Below the pieces are notes generated by a model, which was given only the letters and a program-made list of their open reading frames with translations, made no database searches and was not told the DNA's origin. Position numbers and translations under genes: made by a program. From the NCBI GenBank assembly GCA_963749245.1, contig CAVVNE010000025.1:9621-73620 (forward strand): a stretch of DNA of 64,000 nt, in the 5' to 3' direction. This document shows, piece after piece, positions 46,476-54,592 of the stretch (position 1 is the first letter of the stretch; each line of letters begins with the position of its first letter). The stretch is from Bryobacterales bacterium. Its GTDB lineage: Bacteria; Acidobacteriota; Terriglobia; Bryobacterales; Bryobacteraceae.

Positions 46476-47776
46476 TGCCTACCGGCGAAGAAATCGCAAT
46501 CCTGGTTGGCTTGCATCTGACCGGCCGGGCGGCGGAGCTGATTAGCGCCGAAGATTCGCTGGAAGAACTCGCTGCGCTGGCGATGTCGGCCGGCGCGAGC
46601 GTCGCGGAGCGGCAGATTCAATTCCGCGCGAAGGTCGATGCCGCGACGTTCGTCGGCTCCGGCAAAGTGGAGGAACTGAAGGCGCAGGTCCAGTTCCACG
46701 AGGCGACCACGGTCATTTTCGACCGCGAGTTGTCGCCCACGCAGCAGCGTAATCTCGAAAAAGCGCTGGACGTCAAGGTCCTGGACCGTACCCAGTTGAT
46801 CCTGGATATTTTCGCGCGCCGCGCCCGGACCCGCGAAGGCAAGCTGCAAGTGGAGCTCGCGCAATTGAACTACCTGCTGCCGAGGTTGACTGGCCACGGC
46901 GCGGCGATGTCCCGGCTCGGCGGCGGTATCGGGACGCGAGGCCCGGGGGAAACGAAGCTTGAAACCGACCGGCGCCGGATTCATCAACGCATCGCGGCGA
47001 TTCATCGGTCGCTCGACCGGGTGCGCGGCGCGCGGACTACGCAGAGGCGGCAGCGGCAGGCGGTTCCGCTGGCGACCATCGCCCTGGTGGGCTACACCAA
47101 CGCCGGGAAGTCGACGCTGTTTAACCGGCTGACCGGCGCGGAGGTGCTGGCCGACGCGAAAATGTTCGCCACGCTGGACCCGACTGTACGGCACGTCACG
47201 CTGCCGTCCCATCGCAAGGCGCTGATGAGCGATACGGTCGGCTTCATCCGCAATCTGCCGACCACGCTGGTGAAGGCATTTCGCGCGACGCTTGAAGAGG
47301 TTGTCGAGGCCGAGCTGCTGCTGCACGTCGTCGACGCGAGTTCGCCCGAAGCGGCGCATCAAACGGCCCACGTTCTCGCAACGTTGAACGAAATCGGCGC
47401 GGCGGCGACGCCCCAGATTTTAGTGCTGAACAAGATCGACAAAATTCCAGGCGAGCCGGATACGGCTTCCATCGCGCGGCGGATTTTGAGCGATCCCGAC
47501 CATCAACCGGCGGGCGCGGTCGCGATTTCGGCGTTCACGGGGGAAGGATTCGACGCGCTGCTCAAGAAGATCGATGAGACACTGGCGCTCGATCCGGTTT
47601 CTCCCTGCGTGTTTCATTTCCCGGTCGCCGAGGGCGCTCCGCTGCACCTGCTGCATGAGCACGGGCGCGTGACGGCGACGCGCTACACGGGCGATTCGTG
47701 CGAAGTGGAGGCGATGACGCCGCAGTCGATCCGGCGGAGGCTGGAGAAGTATCTGGTGGAGCAAAACACCCGGTAG
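46475..47776 (+). CDS. hflX: GTPase HflX
   Basis: The GTG start overlaps the hfq stop by 1 nt. GKLQVELAQL.Y..PRL, ALVGYTNAGKSTLFN, DTVGFI..LP..LV.AF..TL.E. Confidence 0.95.
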   Translation: MPTGEEIAILVGLHLTGRAAELISAEDSLEELAALAMSAGASVAERQIQFRAKVDAATFVGSGKVEELKAQVQFHEATTVIFDRELSPTQQRNLEKALDVKVLDRTQLILDIFARRARTREGKLQVELAQLNYLLPRLTGHGAAMSRLGGGIGTRGPGETKLETDRRRIHQRIAAIHRSLDRVRGARTTQRRQRQAVPLATIALVGYTNAGKSTLFNRLTGAEVLADAKMFATLDPTVRHVTLPSHRKALMSDTVGFIRNLPTTLVKAFRATLEEVVEAELLLHVVDASSPEAAHQTAHVLATLNEIGAAATPQILVLNKIDKIPGEPDTASIARRILSDPDHQPAGAVAISAFTGEGFDALLKKIDETLALDPVSPCVFHFPVAEGAPLHLLHEHGRVTATRYTGDSCEVEAMTPQSIRRRLEKYLVEQNTR

Positions 47777-47810
47777 AGAGATCAAGGCGGAAGCCAGGTT
47801 CCTGCCGTGC

Positions 47811-48440
47811 TTAGTCATCCTCATCTTCGGCTTCGAGGGCTTCTTCGAAGAGGCGTATGCGGTTGCGGGCCTGTTGTGCCTGGTTGATCTGGGCTTTCGT
47901 AAAAACGAAGCCATCTTCGGAGGGGTCGTAGGTCTCTCCTCTGTTTTCATACATTTCCGTGATGTATAGTAGCGCGTCCATGTCGTTGGATTCCTTCCAC
48001 AGGCGGGTTCCCTGGATGTCGCGGAGCTGGGCAGTGGTCTTTTCGATCTGGCGCGAGAGGCGCTGGCTGTGGGTGCTGAAAACGGCGAGGGCTTTGGCTT
48101 GTCGTTCTAAAAAGGCCAGGAGGGCGATGCCGGTTAAATCGTCGTCGGGGGCTACGGATAGGAGACTCGCTTCGAGGGAGGGGATGCGGTTTAGGCGCCA
48201 GGTGGCGTCGGCGATGGCTTGGACGAGACTGGATTCGGTGGCGCCCTTGGGGTGGTATTCGGAGTTGAACGATTTTAGGTGGGACTGATAGGATTCGGGG
48301 GCCTCGGTGGGGAGGACTACGGTTTGTGCGGTGAGTCCGTGGCGGAGGGCGTTCAGCGAAGATCGCTGTTTGCCGGCTTCGGTTTTGGGGCCGGTGGAGT
48401 GTTCTGAGTTGGCTCGGTTGGTTTCGGCGCTTGACGACAT
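47811..48440 (-). CDS. conserved hypothetical protein (NALRHGL motif family)
   Basis: ATG at 48440 gives MSSSAETNRANSEHSTGPKTEAGKQRSSLNALRHGLTAQTVVLPTE.. The longer track ORF (to 48836) reads through the orphan repeat and is probably spurious. Confidence 0.55.
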   Translation of the reverse strand: MSSSAETNRANSEHSTGPKTEAGKQRSSLNALRHGLTAQTVVLPTEAPESYQSHLKSFNSEYHPKGATESSLVQAIADATWRLNRIPSLEASLLSVAPDDDLTGIALLAFLERQAKALAVFSTHSQRLSRQIEKTTAQLRDIQGTRLWKESNDMDALLYITEMYENRGETYDPSEDGFVFTKAQINQAQQARNRIRLFEEALEAEDEDD

Positions 48441-48545
48441 TTCGTTTCCTTCTTTCGTTACCGAGATACCACTTGGCGGCGTGGGGATTGGGTGGGTGGA
48501 AGTGGGAGGTGGTTGAAAAGGCGGGAGTTGGAAGACGGAATTTAT

Positions 48546-48575
48546 GGCCGCCGATGAACGCGGATGAACGCCGAT
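48546..48575 (+). repeat. orphan third copy of the GxxExxY-associated repeat GGCCGCCGATGAACGCGGATGAACGCCGAT
   Basis: 29 of 30 identical to 27331-27360. No GxxExxY ORF follows. Confidence 0.9.
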
Positions 48576-49134
48576 TCGAAGAATCAGGCTGCAGTTTCCG
48601 ATTTGAACTCGTTGAAAGCCCCTTGGCCGATCCGGGCTGTTCTGCAATGAGCCGAGGTGCTGGACGCTCTCGTCCGTCCCGGCTTCCCCATCAGACACTA
48701 CGCCAGCAGCCGTTACCCGCTGGTCCAGGTGCTGGGTCCGAATCCGGACATAACGCTGCCGGTCGCCGGCGGAAAACAAACACGTCCTGACGGTTGTTTC
48801 CCGTTGCGTGATGTGGTGCGCAAGTCCAAGTTCCACAAAATCGGACTCGGCGAGGCATAAAGGGAGGGTTGCGGGAACGTAGCGAAATCCGGCTCATCGA
48901 ATTCAAAAAATGGCTTGCGAAAAACGGTGGCGCGCCGAAGGACATAACGCACCGGGAGAAGGTGAGGGCGATTCTAGGAAGGACTTGACAGGTGTATCCC
49001 CAAAATCGCTATGATAGGTTCAGTCCCCCGAGATGAGCGCGCCAGCGCTTAGAAGGAATTGCGGTGTATGCAACCCTGCCACCTCCGAGGGACTTGGTCG
49101 TTTCAAAAACTTAACATACGCAACAATTCCTCTC

Positions 49135-49163
49135 TTGACTGTTCATTTGGGGCTTAGTATACC
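49135..49163 (+). promoter_or_regulatory. candidate sigma70-type promoter TTGACT-17-TATACC
   Basis: TTGACT at 49135-49140 and TATACC at 49158-49163. Followed by GAGGTG (49182-49187) and a GTG at 49193. Confidence 0.4.
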
Positions 49164-49192
49164 CCTCTTCGAACTTTTTTTGAGGTGAAGAA

Positions 49193-49426
49193 GTGCAGAT
49201 ACCATCAATCCCCGAACTTGAAGTAACAGCCGTCCAGATTGCAGTTTTAATCCTCCTCTTAATCGCACTCGCTGGATTGATTGTGGAGGCGTGGTATTGG
49301 CTCAAACGGAAGTGGATTCAAGAGCGGCGAAACATACAGACACTTCAGGCTACTTCTTCGCAGCCTTCAGAGCCGCCCAGCGCCTCTTTTGTCCCAGCGC
49401 CATCTTCCGCCGCGCCGCCGCACTGA
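49193..49426 (+). CDS. candidate 77-aa single-pass membrane protein
   Basis: GTG start with a GAGGTG SD (5-nt spacer). TM helix VQIAVLILLLIALAGLIVEAWYW. The low-complexity C-terminal third is antisense to another candidate ORF, so the true end is uncertain. Confidence 0.35.
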   Translation: MQIPSIPELEVTAVQIAVLILLLIALAGLIVEAWYWLKRKWIQERRNIQTLQATSSQPSEPPSASFVPAPSSAAPPH

Positions 49427-49669
49427 TGAGACGCTTTTTCGGCGCTTCGACTTTCCCCGATGCGTTTCCTCCACTCTCCATTCCTACACCTTGTAGGGCG
49501 GCGATGGCTCTATTGATCTAGTCGCGTTCTTCGACCAGAAGTTCGAGGATTGATTCCATCATGAAGCGCATCGTAGCATCAGCCGTAGCGAGATGGCTGA
49601 TTTGGGCGTTAACTTCGGACTCAAATGGCTGGACTTGTTATACAACTAAAGACACTATCGAAACGAATT

Positions 49670-49755
49670 GGGGCCTCAGGGGGGCCTCAGGGGGGCCTCA
49701 GGGGGGCCTCAGGGGGGCCTCAGCGGGCCTCAGTGGGCCTCAGTGGGGCCTCAGT
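49670..49755. repeat. tandem array, 8 units of 10-11 bp (GGGGCCTCAGG; last units GGGCCTCAGT)
   Basis: The GCCTCAG core recurs at 49673, 49684, 49695, 49706, 49717, 49727, 49737 and 49748. Abuts the left inverted repeat of the RAYT element. Confidence 0.95.
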
Positions 49756-49760
49756 GGACA

Positions 49761-50593
49761 GCCTGAAGTGACTCCCTGCGAAACTTTGCGAAAGTGGCAC
49801 TCCACTCTGTCACCTTCCCTCAATCCTACGCTGAGGCGGCTGGTTTTTCAAAGCCCCAGCGCCGCCAGGACCTGTGAAAATACTGCTCCAGTTGGTTCAC
49901 AAACTCCTCGCCGCCGAATGGCCGGCCCGCGTATGTGCATCTCCGCAACAGCAGAAGCTGCTCCGAGCCGGCCTCGGCGCCGTGCATTTCGCGCCACGTC
50001 GCGGCTCCTCCGGCCCTCTCCCAAAACGCCATGTCCAGGAGACCGGAGCGATCCTTCCCCTGCCCCAAGTGCGCCGTAGCGCTCGACCAGCGATACTCCG
50101 CCGGAGCCTTCACCATGAAGGCCCGGCACGGGTTCTGCTCCACGTAGCGCAGTGCTGCCCCACAATGGGTCTCCGCCAGAGGGCATGAATAATACCGCTG
50201 CTGCCACAAGTGACCGCTGCGATGCCGCCGGGTATTCAGGTACTGCGAGTAGCGCCCGTGAGCCCTCCGGAACAGCACCGCGAGCGAATCGGCCCGCTCC
50301 GGTACCACCACCAGGTGGACGTGATTGGTCATCAGACAGTACGCCAACACCCGGCACTCCGCGTCGGCCAGTTGTTCGCGGACCAACGACAGATACATCT
50401 TGTAGTCGGTCGGAGAATAGAAAACCCGCTGGCGATTACTCCCTCGCTGGGTAACGTGATAAGGCAGTCCGGGCAGAACACAACGGGCGTTGCGAGGCAT
50501 GTTGACAAAACAGTGCATCGAGGAAGCAAATCCTCTCAAGGCGACACTCCAGAGTGGCTCTTTCCTCCAGCCGTAGAAGGAGTCACTTCAGGC
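49761..50593 (-). mobile_element. REP-associated tyrosine transposase (RAYT / IS200-like Y1) gene bracketed by a perfect 15-bp inverted repeat
   Basis: GCCTGAAGTGACTCC at 49761-49775 is the exact reverse complement of GGAGTCACTTCAGGC at 50579-50593. The enclosed ORF has Y1-transposase motifs. Confidence 0.8.
49826..50500 (-). CDS. REP-associated tyrosine transposase (IS200-like, COG1943 type)
   Basis: ATG at 50500 gives MPRNARCVLPGLPYHVTQRGSNRQRVF. HUH motif in MTNHVHLVVVP. GHLWQQRYYS. RYVEQNP carries the candidate catalytic Tyr. Confidence 0.8.
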   Translation of the reverse strand: MPRNARCVLPGLPYHVTQRGSNRQRVFYSPTDYKMYLSLVREQLADAECRVLAYCLMTNHVHLVVVPERADSLAVLFRRAHGRYSQYLNTRRHRSGHLWQQRYYSCPLAETHCGAALRYVEQNPCRAFMVKAPAEYRWSSATAHLGQGKDRSGLLDMAFWERAGGAATWREMHGAEAGSEQLLLLRRCTYAGRPFGGEEFVNQLEQYFHRSWRRWGFEKPAASA

Positions 50594-50624
50594 CGTCCCT
50601 TTCGACTCTGAAAAACACTTGCAT

Positions 50625-50642
50625 ACTACAGCGTGTTGTAGT
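50625..50642. promoter_or_regulatory. palindrome ACTACA-N6-TGTAGT upstream of blaI (candidate BlaI operator), overlapping a TTGCAT -35-like hexamer at 50619-50624
   Basis: Perfect 6-bp arms with TACA/TGTA cores. 15 nt upstream of the ATG at 50657. Confidence 0.5.
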
Positions 50643-50656
50643 AGTTTTAGCTTACG

Positions 50657-51043
50657 ATGCCGACGCCAAAACTGTCCAGGTTGGAACTCCGGATCATGGA
50701 GACCCTCTGGACGAAAGGCCCATCCTCCATTCGTGAGATGCAGGAAGCGTTTCCTGAAGAGGAAAGACCCGCCTATACCACGGTGCAGACCGTGGTCTAT
50801 CGCCTCGAATTCAAAAAGGCAGTGCGCCGCACCGAGAAAATCAGCAACGCGCATGTGTTCGAGGCCTTGGTCTCCCGCAGTTCCGCACAGCATCGGATGA
50901 TCGACGAGTTGGTCGCGCTGTTCGGCGGCAAATCCCTGCCCATCGTCGCGCACCTGATCGATTCGGGGAAGCTCACTGCCGAGGAGGTGCGCGAAGCCCG
51001 CAAGGCACTTCGGAACGTCACCAGAAAGGACAAGAGCCAATGA
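50657..51043 (+). CDS. blaI: BlaI/MecI/CopY family transcriptional repressor
   Basis: LSRLELRIMETLWTKGPSSIREMQEAF.....AYTTVQTVVYRLEFKKAVRR. ATGA overlap with the next gene. Confidence 0.9.
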   Translation: MPTPKLSRLELRIMETLWTKGPSSIREMQEAFPEEERPAYTTVQTVVYRLEFKKAVRRTEKISNAHVFEALVSRSSAQHRMIDELVALFGGKSLPIVAHLIDSGKLTAEEVREARKALRNVTRKDKSQ

Positions 51044-52812
51044 TCCCTAGCCAGTTCATCCCCACCGCGAATCACCTTTGGCAATCCACGTTGTTTGCCG
51101 GTGTTGCCAGTCTGCTGATGTTGTTTCTGAGAAAGAATCGGGCGCACGTGCGGTACTGGCTCTGGCTCACCGCATCGGTAAAGTTCCTTCTTCCGTTTTC
51201 CGTCCTCGTGGCGGTCGGAGGTCTGTTAGGACGGCATACCACTGCGGCGGTACCGCCATCGCGACTAGTGTCGGCAACTGACTTTTCGTCTTTCGTTGAG
51301 CAGGTCGGCGAGCCGTTCACCGCAACGGTTCCGCAGTTTGCGATGCCAGCGGTTCCGCGCTCTTACACGAGTGGGATTGTCGCTATTCTCATCTTCGTTT
51401 GGGCGACTGGATTCGTGACCCTGGTTTGGCGCTGGACTCTGCGCTGGCGGCGAATGCGCGCGGCAGTGCGTAAAGCATCTCCACTTGATCTGCCGATCGG
51501 TCTGCCAGTGAAGACTTCGCCGGCATTCGGAGAACCGGGCGTGTTCGGCATTTTCCGGCCGGTTCTGCTGCTGCCTGACAGGATTTCGGATTGCCTCACA
51601 GCACGGGAGATGGAATCCATCGTGGCGCACGAGCTCTGCCATGTCCGGCGCCGTGATAATCTCGCCACCGCGATCCACATGGCAGTCGAGGTGGTGTTAT
51701 GTGTTCCATCCGTTGGTGCTGGTGGTTAGGAGCGCGCCTGATGGAAGAGCGGGAACGAGCCTGCGATGAAGAGGTGCTGCGAACCGGCGGCGAGCCGCGT
51801 GTATACGCTGAAGGCATCCTCAAGATCTGCGAGTTGTATCTAGCTTCGCCGCTCGCTTGCATTGCGGGAGTGACGGGCGGTGATCTTAAGAGACGAATCG
51901 AAGCGATTATGAGCAATCGCGTGGGGCGCAGACTGAATTACGCTAAGAAGGCGGCCCTGGCAGTTGCCGCGACAGCGGCCATTGTGACGCCTCTCGTAGT
52001 TGGCATCACGAGTATGCCTGCAATCCGGGCTCAATCCTCATCTTCTGCTCCATCCGCGCCCACGCCGAAATTCGAGGTCGCATCCATTAAACAGAGTGCA
52101 TCCCCGGTTCGCGGAAATGCCAAAATAATCCGTGTCGAACCGGGCATGCTCACTATCAAAGGCATGTCGCTAAAGGATCTCATACAACGGGCCTATGGTC
52201 GGGGACATTCGCTGCAACTTTCACGGTCTGATCTTGTTTCCGGTGGTCCGAAATGGTGCGATGCCGACTTATACGACATCGACGCGAAGCCAGGCGGAAA
52301 TCCCAACGGTTCCGGGGAGGATATCAGTGAGATGCTGAAGGCCCTTCTGGCCGACAGATTCAAGCTCTTGTTGCACCACGAGTCAAAGGAGACCCCGGGA
52401 TATATCCTGGTTGTGGAAACAGGCGGCCCCAAACTGAAATCGCGCAGTCCCGGTGACGGAGGCGAGCCCCGAATCCGGGGGCGGTCCAAACGCGAGCTCC
52501 AAGGCGGAATCCGTTTAGCATGGCGGGATGTGTCGATGACCACCCTGTCCGATGATCTGGGGTTTAACGTACTGGATCGTCCGGTTATCAATAGGACCGG
52601 CCTGACTGGAACGTAACAAGGCATCTGGATCTGAGTCTGGACGCCAGACGAGACTAATTCGGCGGACGATACGCAGGAGCGTAGGAAAACGCTGATCTGC
52701 CTGACCTGTTCACCGGTCTCTCCCCAGAACAAATCGGGCTGAGGTTGCAGACCGGAAAGGTCCCAATCGACGTGATCGTCATTGACCACGCGGAAAAGCC
52801 AACGGCAAACTA
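51040..52812 (+). pseudogene. BlaR1-like M56 peptidase / TIGR03435-type C-terminal domain sensor, multiply disrupted
   Basis: HELCHVRRRDN zinc motif. Two 1-nt frame changes within about 25 nt (51697-51720). The expected FHPLV and WWLGARL segments lie in different frames. Stops at 52614 and 52632. The terminal PDLFTGLSPEQIGLRLQTGKVPIDVIVIDHAEKPTAN is in yet another frame, ending at 52812. Confidence 0.75.
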
Positions 52813-53151
52813 GTGCGCCCGCGGATCAGCCTGATGACCTCCCACGCGACTTCGCTACCGGTGCCTCACAGCCCCAGTGGGTCACTTTAGGCGAGCACTC
52901 GCGGGTCATTCCTCGCGAGCGCCGAAGATCGTCTGATAGACGATTAACTTCCGAGTAGCCGACAACCCGACCGGAACTCGCAAATCTCAACTGCGTCTAG
53001 CCAGAATGAGTAACTCGGGTCTTAGCAACAGGCGTGTGCGAAGCTTCAAGAATGCTTTCCACCCCCACCCTTAGCTGGGGTCTCCGGAATTGACCTGCGT
53101 TTGCTTTATGTTCAGTATCTCGCGCACGACGATCATCAAAACTTAAACTTC

Positions 53152-53661
53152 TTACTTCGCCTGCGCGAGCCCGGCAACAACTGCGTCAACTTTATCGAGT
53201 ATCTGGTTCCAGCCCTCTAGCTGACCGCTATTTTTGGCGTGCTCCATGGTTTCGTTGCCGATGAAGGTGAGTTTCGTCTGGCCGTTTCCAAGATCCTCAA
53301 AGGTAATTACGTCGTGCGCATCGGCTATGGCCTCATGTTCTATTCCATAGTGTGCAGCGTCGACCTTGTTTCCATCCGGGTCGGAAAAGTACATGGAAGA
53401 GACGATCTTCTCATGCAAAACAATCTCGTGGTATTCACCACCATTCCAGAACTCCTGCCCATCTGGCCCTCTCATGCAGCAGAGAAATTTTCCTCCGACC
53501 CGAAAATCTATCTTGCAGAAAGGCGCAGTAAAACCCTTCGGCCCCCACCACTGCATCACGTATTTCGGGTCTGTCCACGCCTTCCAAACCAATTCGCGTG
53601 GAGCATCGAAAACTCTTGTGACAACCATCCGCTCTGTCTCGTTAACCGTGTTTTTTGTCAT
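53152..53661 (-). CDS. SRPBCC (AHSA1/START-like) domain protein
   Basis: RVFDAPRELVWKAWTDPKYVMQWWGPKGFT....DFRVGGKF. Lower GC. 20-nt overlap with the upstream arsR-type gene. Confidence 0.85.
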   Translation of the reverse strand: MTKNTVNETERMVVTRVFDAPRELVWKAWTDPKYVMQWWGPKGFTAPFCKIDFRVGGKFLCCMRGPDGQEFWNGGEYHEIVLHEKIVSSMYFSDPDGNKVDAAHYGIEHEAIADAHDVITFEDLGNGQTKLTFIGNETMEHAKNSGQLEGWNQILDKVDAVVAGLAQAK

Positions 53662-53995
53662 CTCTGATCTCCGCTTTTTTCATTTGATTCACAACTGCAT
53701 CCAGCTTGTCGAAACTTTCTTCCCAGAAGCGGCGATAGTTAAACGCCCAATCGCTGACTGCTTTTATCGCATCTGGCCTAAGCGTGCACACACTCTCTCG
53801 TCCACGCTTCGTCTTGATCACAATCCGCGCCCGCACCAGGTTGGCAATATGTTTTGAAATCATCTGCTGCGAGAGTGCAAACGGTTCCGTCAATCCATGC
53901 ACAGAGGCAGGACCATGTGAGAGTCGTTCGATCATCCCCCGCCGGGTTGGATCAGACAAAGCAGCAAATGTTGTACCCAATTGATCCACAACCAT
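53642..53995 (-). CDS. ArsR/SmtB family transcriptional regulator
   Basis: FAALSDPTRRGMIERLSHGPASVHGLTEPFALSQQMISKHIANLVRARIV. Confidence 0.9.
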   Translation of the reverse strand: MVVDQLGTTFAALSDPTRRGMIERLSHGPASVHGLTEPFALSQQMISKHIANLVRARIVIKTKRGRESVCTLRPDAIKAVSDWAFNYRRFWEESFDKLDAVVNQMKKAEIRDDKKHG

Positions 53996-54007
53996 ATGGT
54001 AGTGGAT

Positions 54008-54018
54008 TTGACTGTCAA
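54008..54018. promoter_or_regulatory. palindrome TTGAC-N-GTCAA upstream of the arsR-type gene (candidate operator)
   Basis: TTGACTGTCAA lies 13 nt upstream of the ATG at 53995. An adjacent TTGACG on the minus strand could serve as a -35. Confidence 0.3.
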
Positions 54019-54443
54019 CGTCAAGTGTGAATTTTGCGATTCCTGATTTCTGTTCCCTGATCTCTGAACCCTGGACCCTGGCACCAGCGCTAATTTGTAC
54101 CTTTTCCGTGCACTACTCCAACATCTACGCCCGCCCATTTCCGGGGGAAGGGGTGGGCGGCTGGCAGGGCGATATACATGCAGCAGGAGGAATTCCGCCG
54201 GCGGTCATGGAGTCGCGGATGCCGGGCCCATCCCGGGATGAGGCGGCCGGGATCAACCTGTTCGATACAATCAAGCAGACCGTGCTGCGCATGAAGGGAA
54301 AGATCTTCGTTATTCAAACGCCCGCGGAGTTTTCCAAGGCTATCGAGGAGATCGACCGCCGCGGGAAATGAGCTTGCGGAGCGGGATCGTCCAGTGGGTT
54401 GACACCTCGTCGAGGCTGATGCTGCGGAAAAACTTGTGTGGAT

Positions 54444-54464
54444 CGCTCCCTATGGTCGCGGCTC
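54444..54464 (-). repeat. REP-A dispersed repeat copy (core CGCTCCCTATGGTCGCGGCTC)
   Basis: Shares the CGCTCCC-N-GGTCGCGG core with 20872, 36762 and 54568. Confidence 0.7.
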
Positions 54465-54567
54465 GGAATCGGCCTGAAAAACCGCGAGCGTTGCGGGCGT
54501 TTCTCCCGCCAACTACCGCCTCCGATCCATCTCCTGAGGTTGGAGGTTGTGTGAAAAAGCCGGCGTT

Positions 54568-54592
54568 GACCGCTCCCGGTGGTCGCGGTTCA
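54568..54592 (-). repeat. REP-A dispersed repeat copy; its TGA is the esterase stop codon
   Basis: Minus strand TGAACCGCGACCACCGGGAGCGGTC. The TGA corresponds to 54590-54592. Confidence 0.8.

Noticed and set aside
48869-48988. 39-codon TTG-initiated frame (..IRLIEFKKWLAKNGGAPKDITHREKVRAILGRT) with a faint HicA/integrase-N-terminal flavour.
   Set aside because: It is too short. The start codon abuts the putative SD with no spacer. The similarity is only impressionistic.
49016-49050. GGTTCAGTCCC, reminiscent of a tRNA T-arm or att-site remnant downstream of the TTGACA-19-TATGAT promoter-like site.
   Set aside because: The flanking bases cannot form a T-stem or an acceptor stem. No cloverleaf could be drawn.
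49670-49755. A tandem array that could be mistaken for a CRISPR.
   Set aside because: The units are 10-11 bp and directly abut each other with no spacers. There are no cas genes in the window.
49561-50079. 172-aa plus-strand ORF spanning the tandem array and running antisense into the RAYT gene.
   Set aside because: Its translation is dominated by the repeat (GLRGASGGPQGGLRGAS..). It overlaps the RAYT coding region on the other strand.
54027-54371. 114-aa ORF (possible 54-aa core from ATG 54208: MESRMPGPSRDEAAGINLFDTIKQTVLRMKGKIFVIQTPAEFSKAIEEIDRRGK).
   Set aside because: It has no recognisable family, no clear SD, and the N-terminal part is implausible. It may be a gene fragment. I have left it unannotated.
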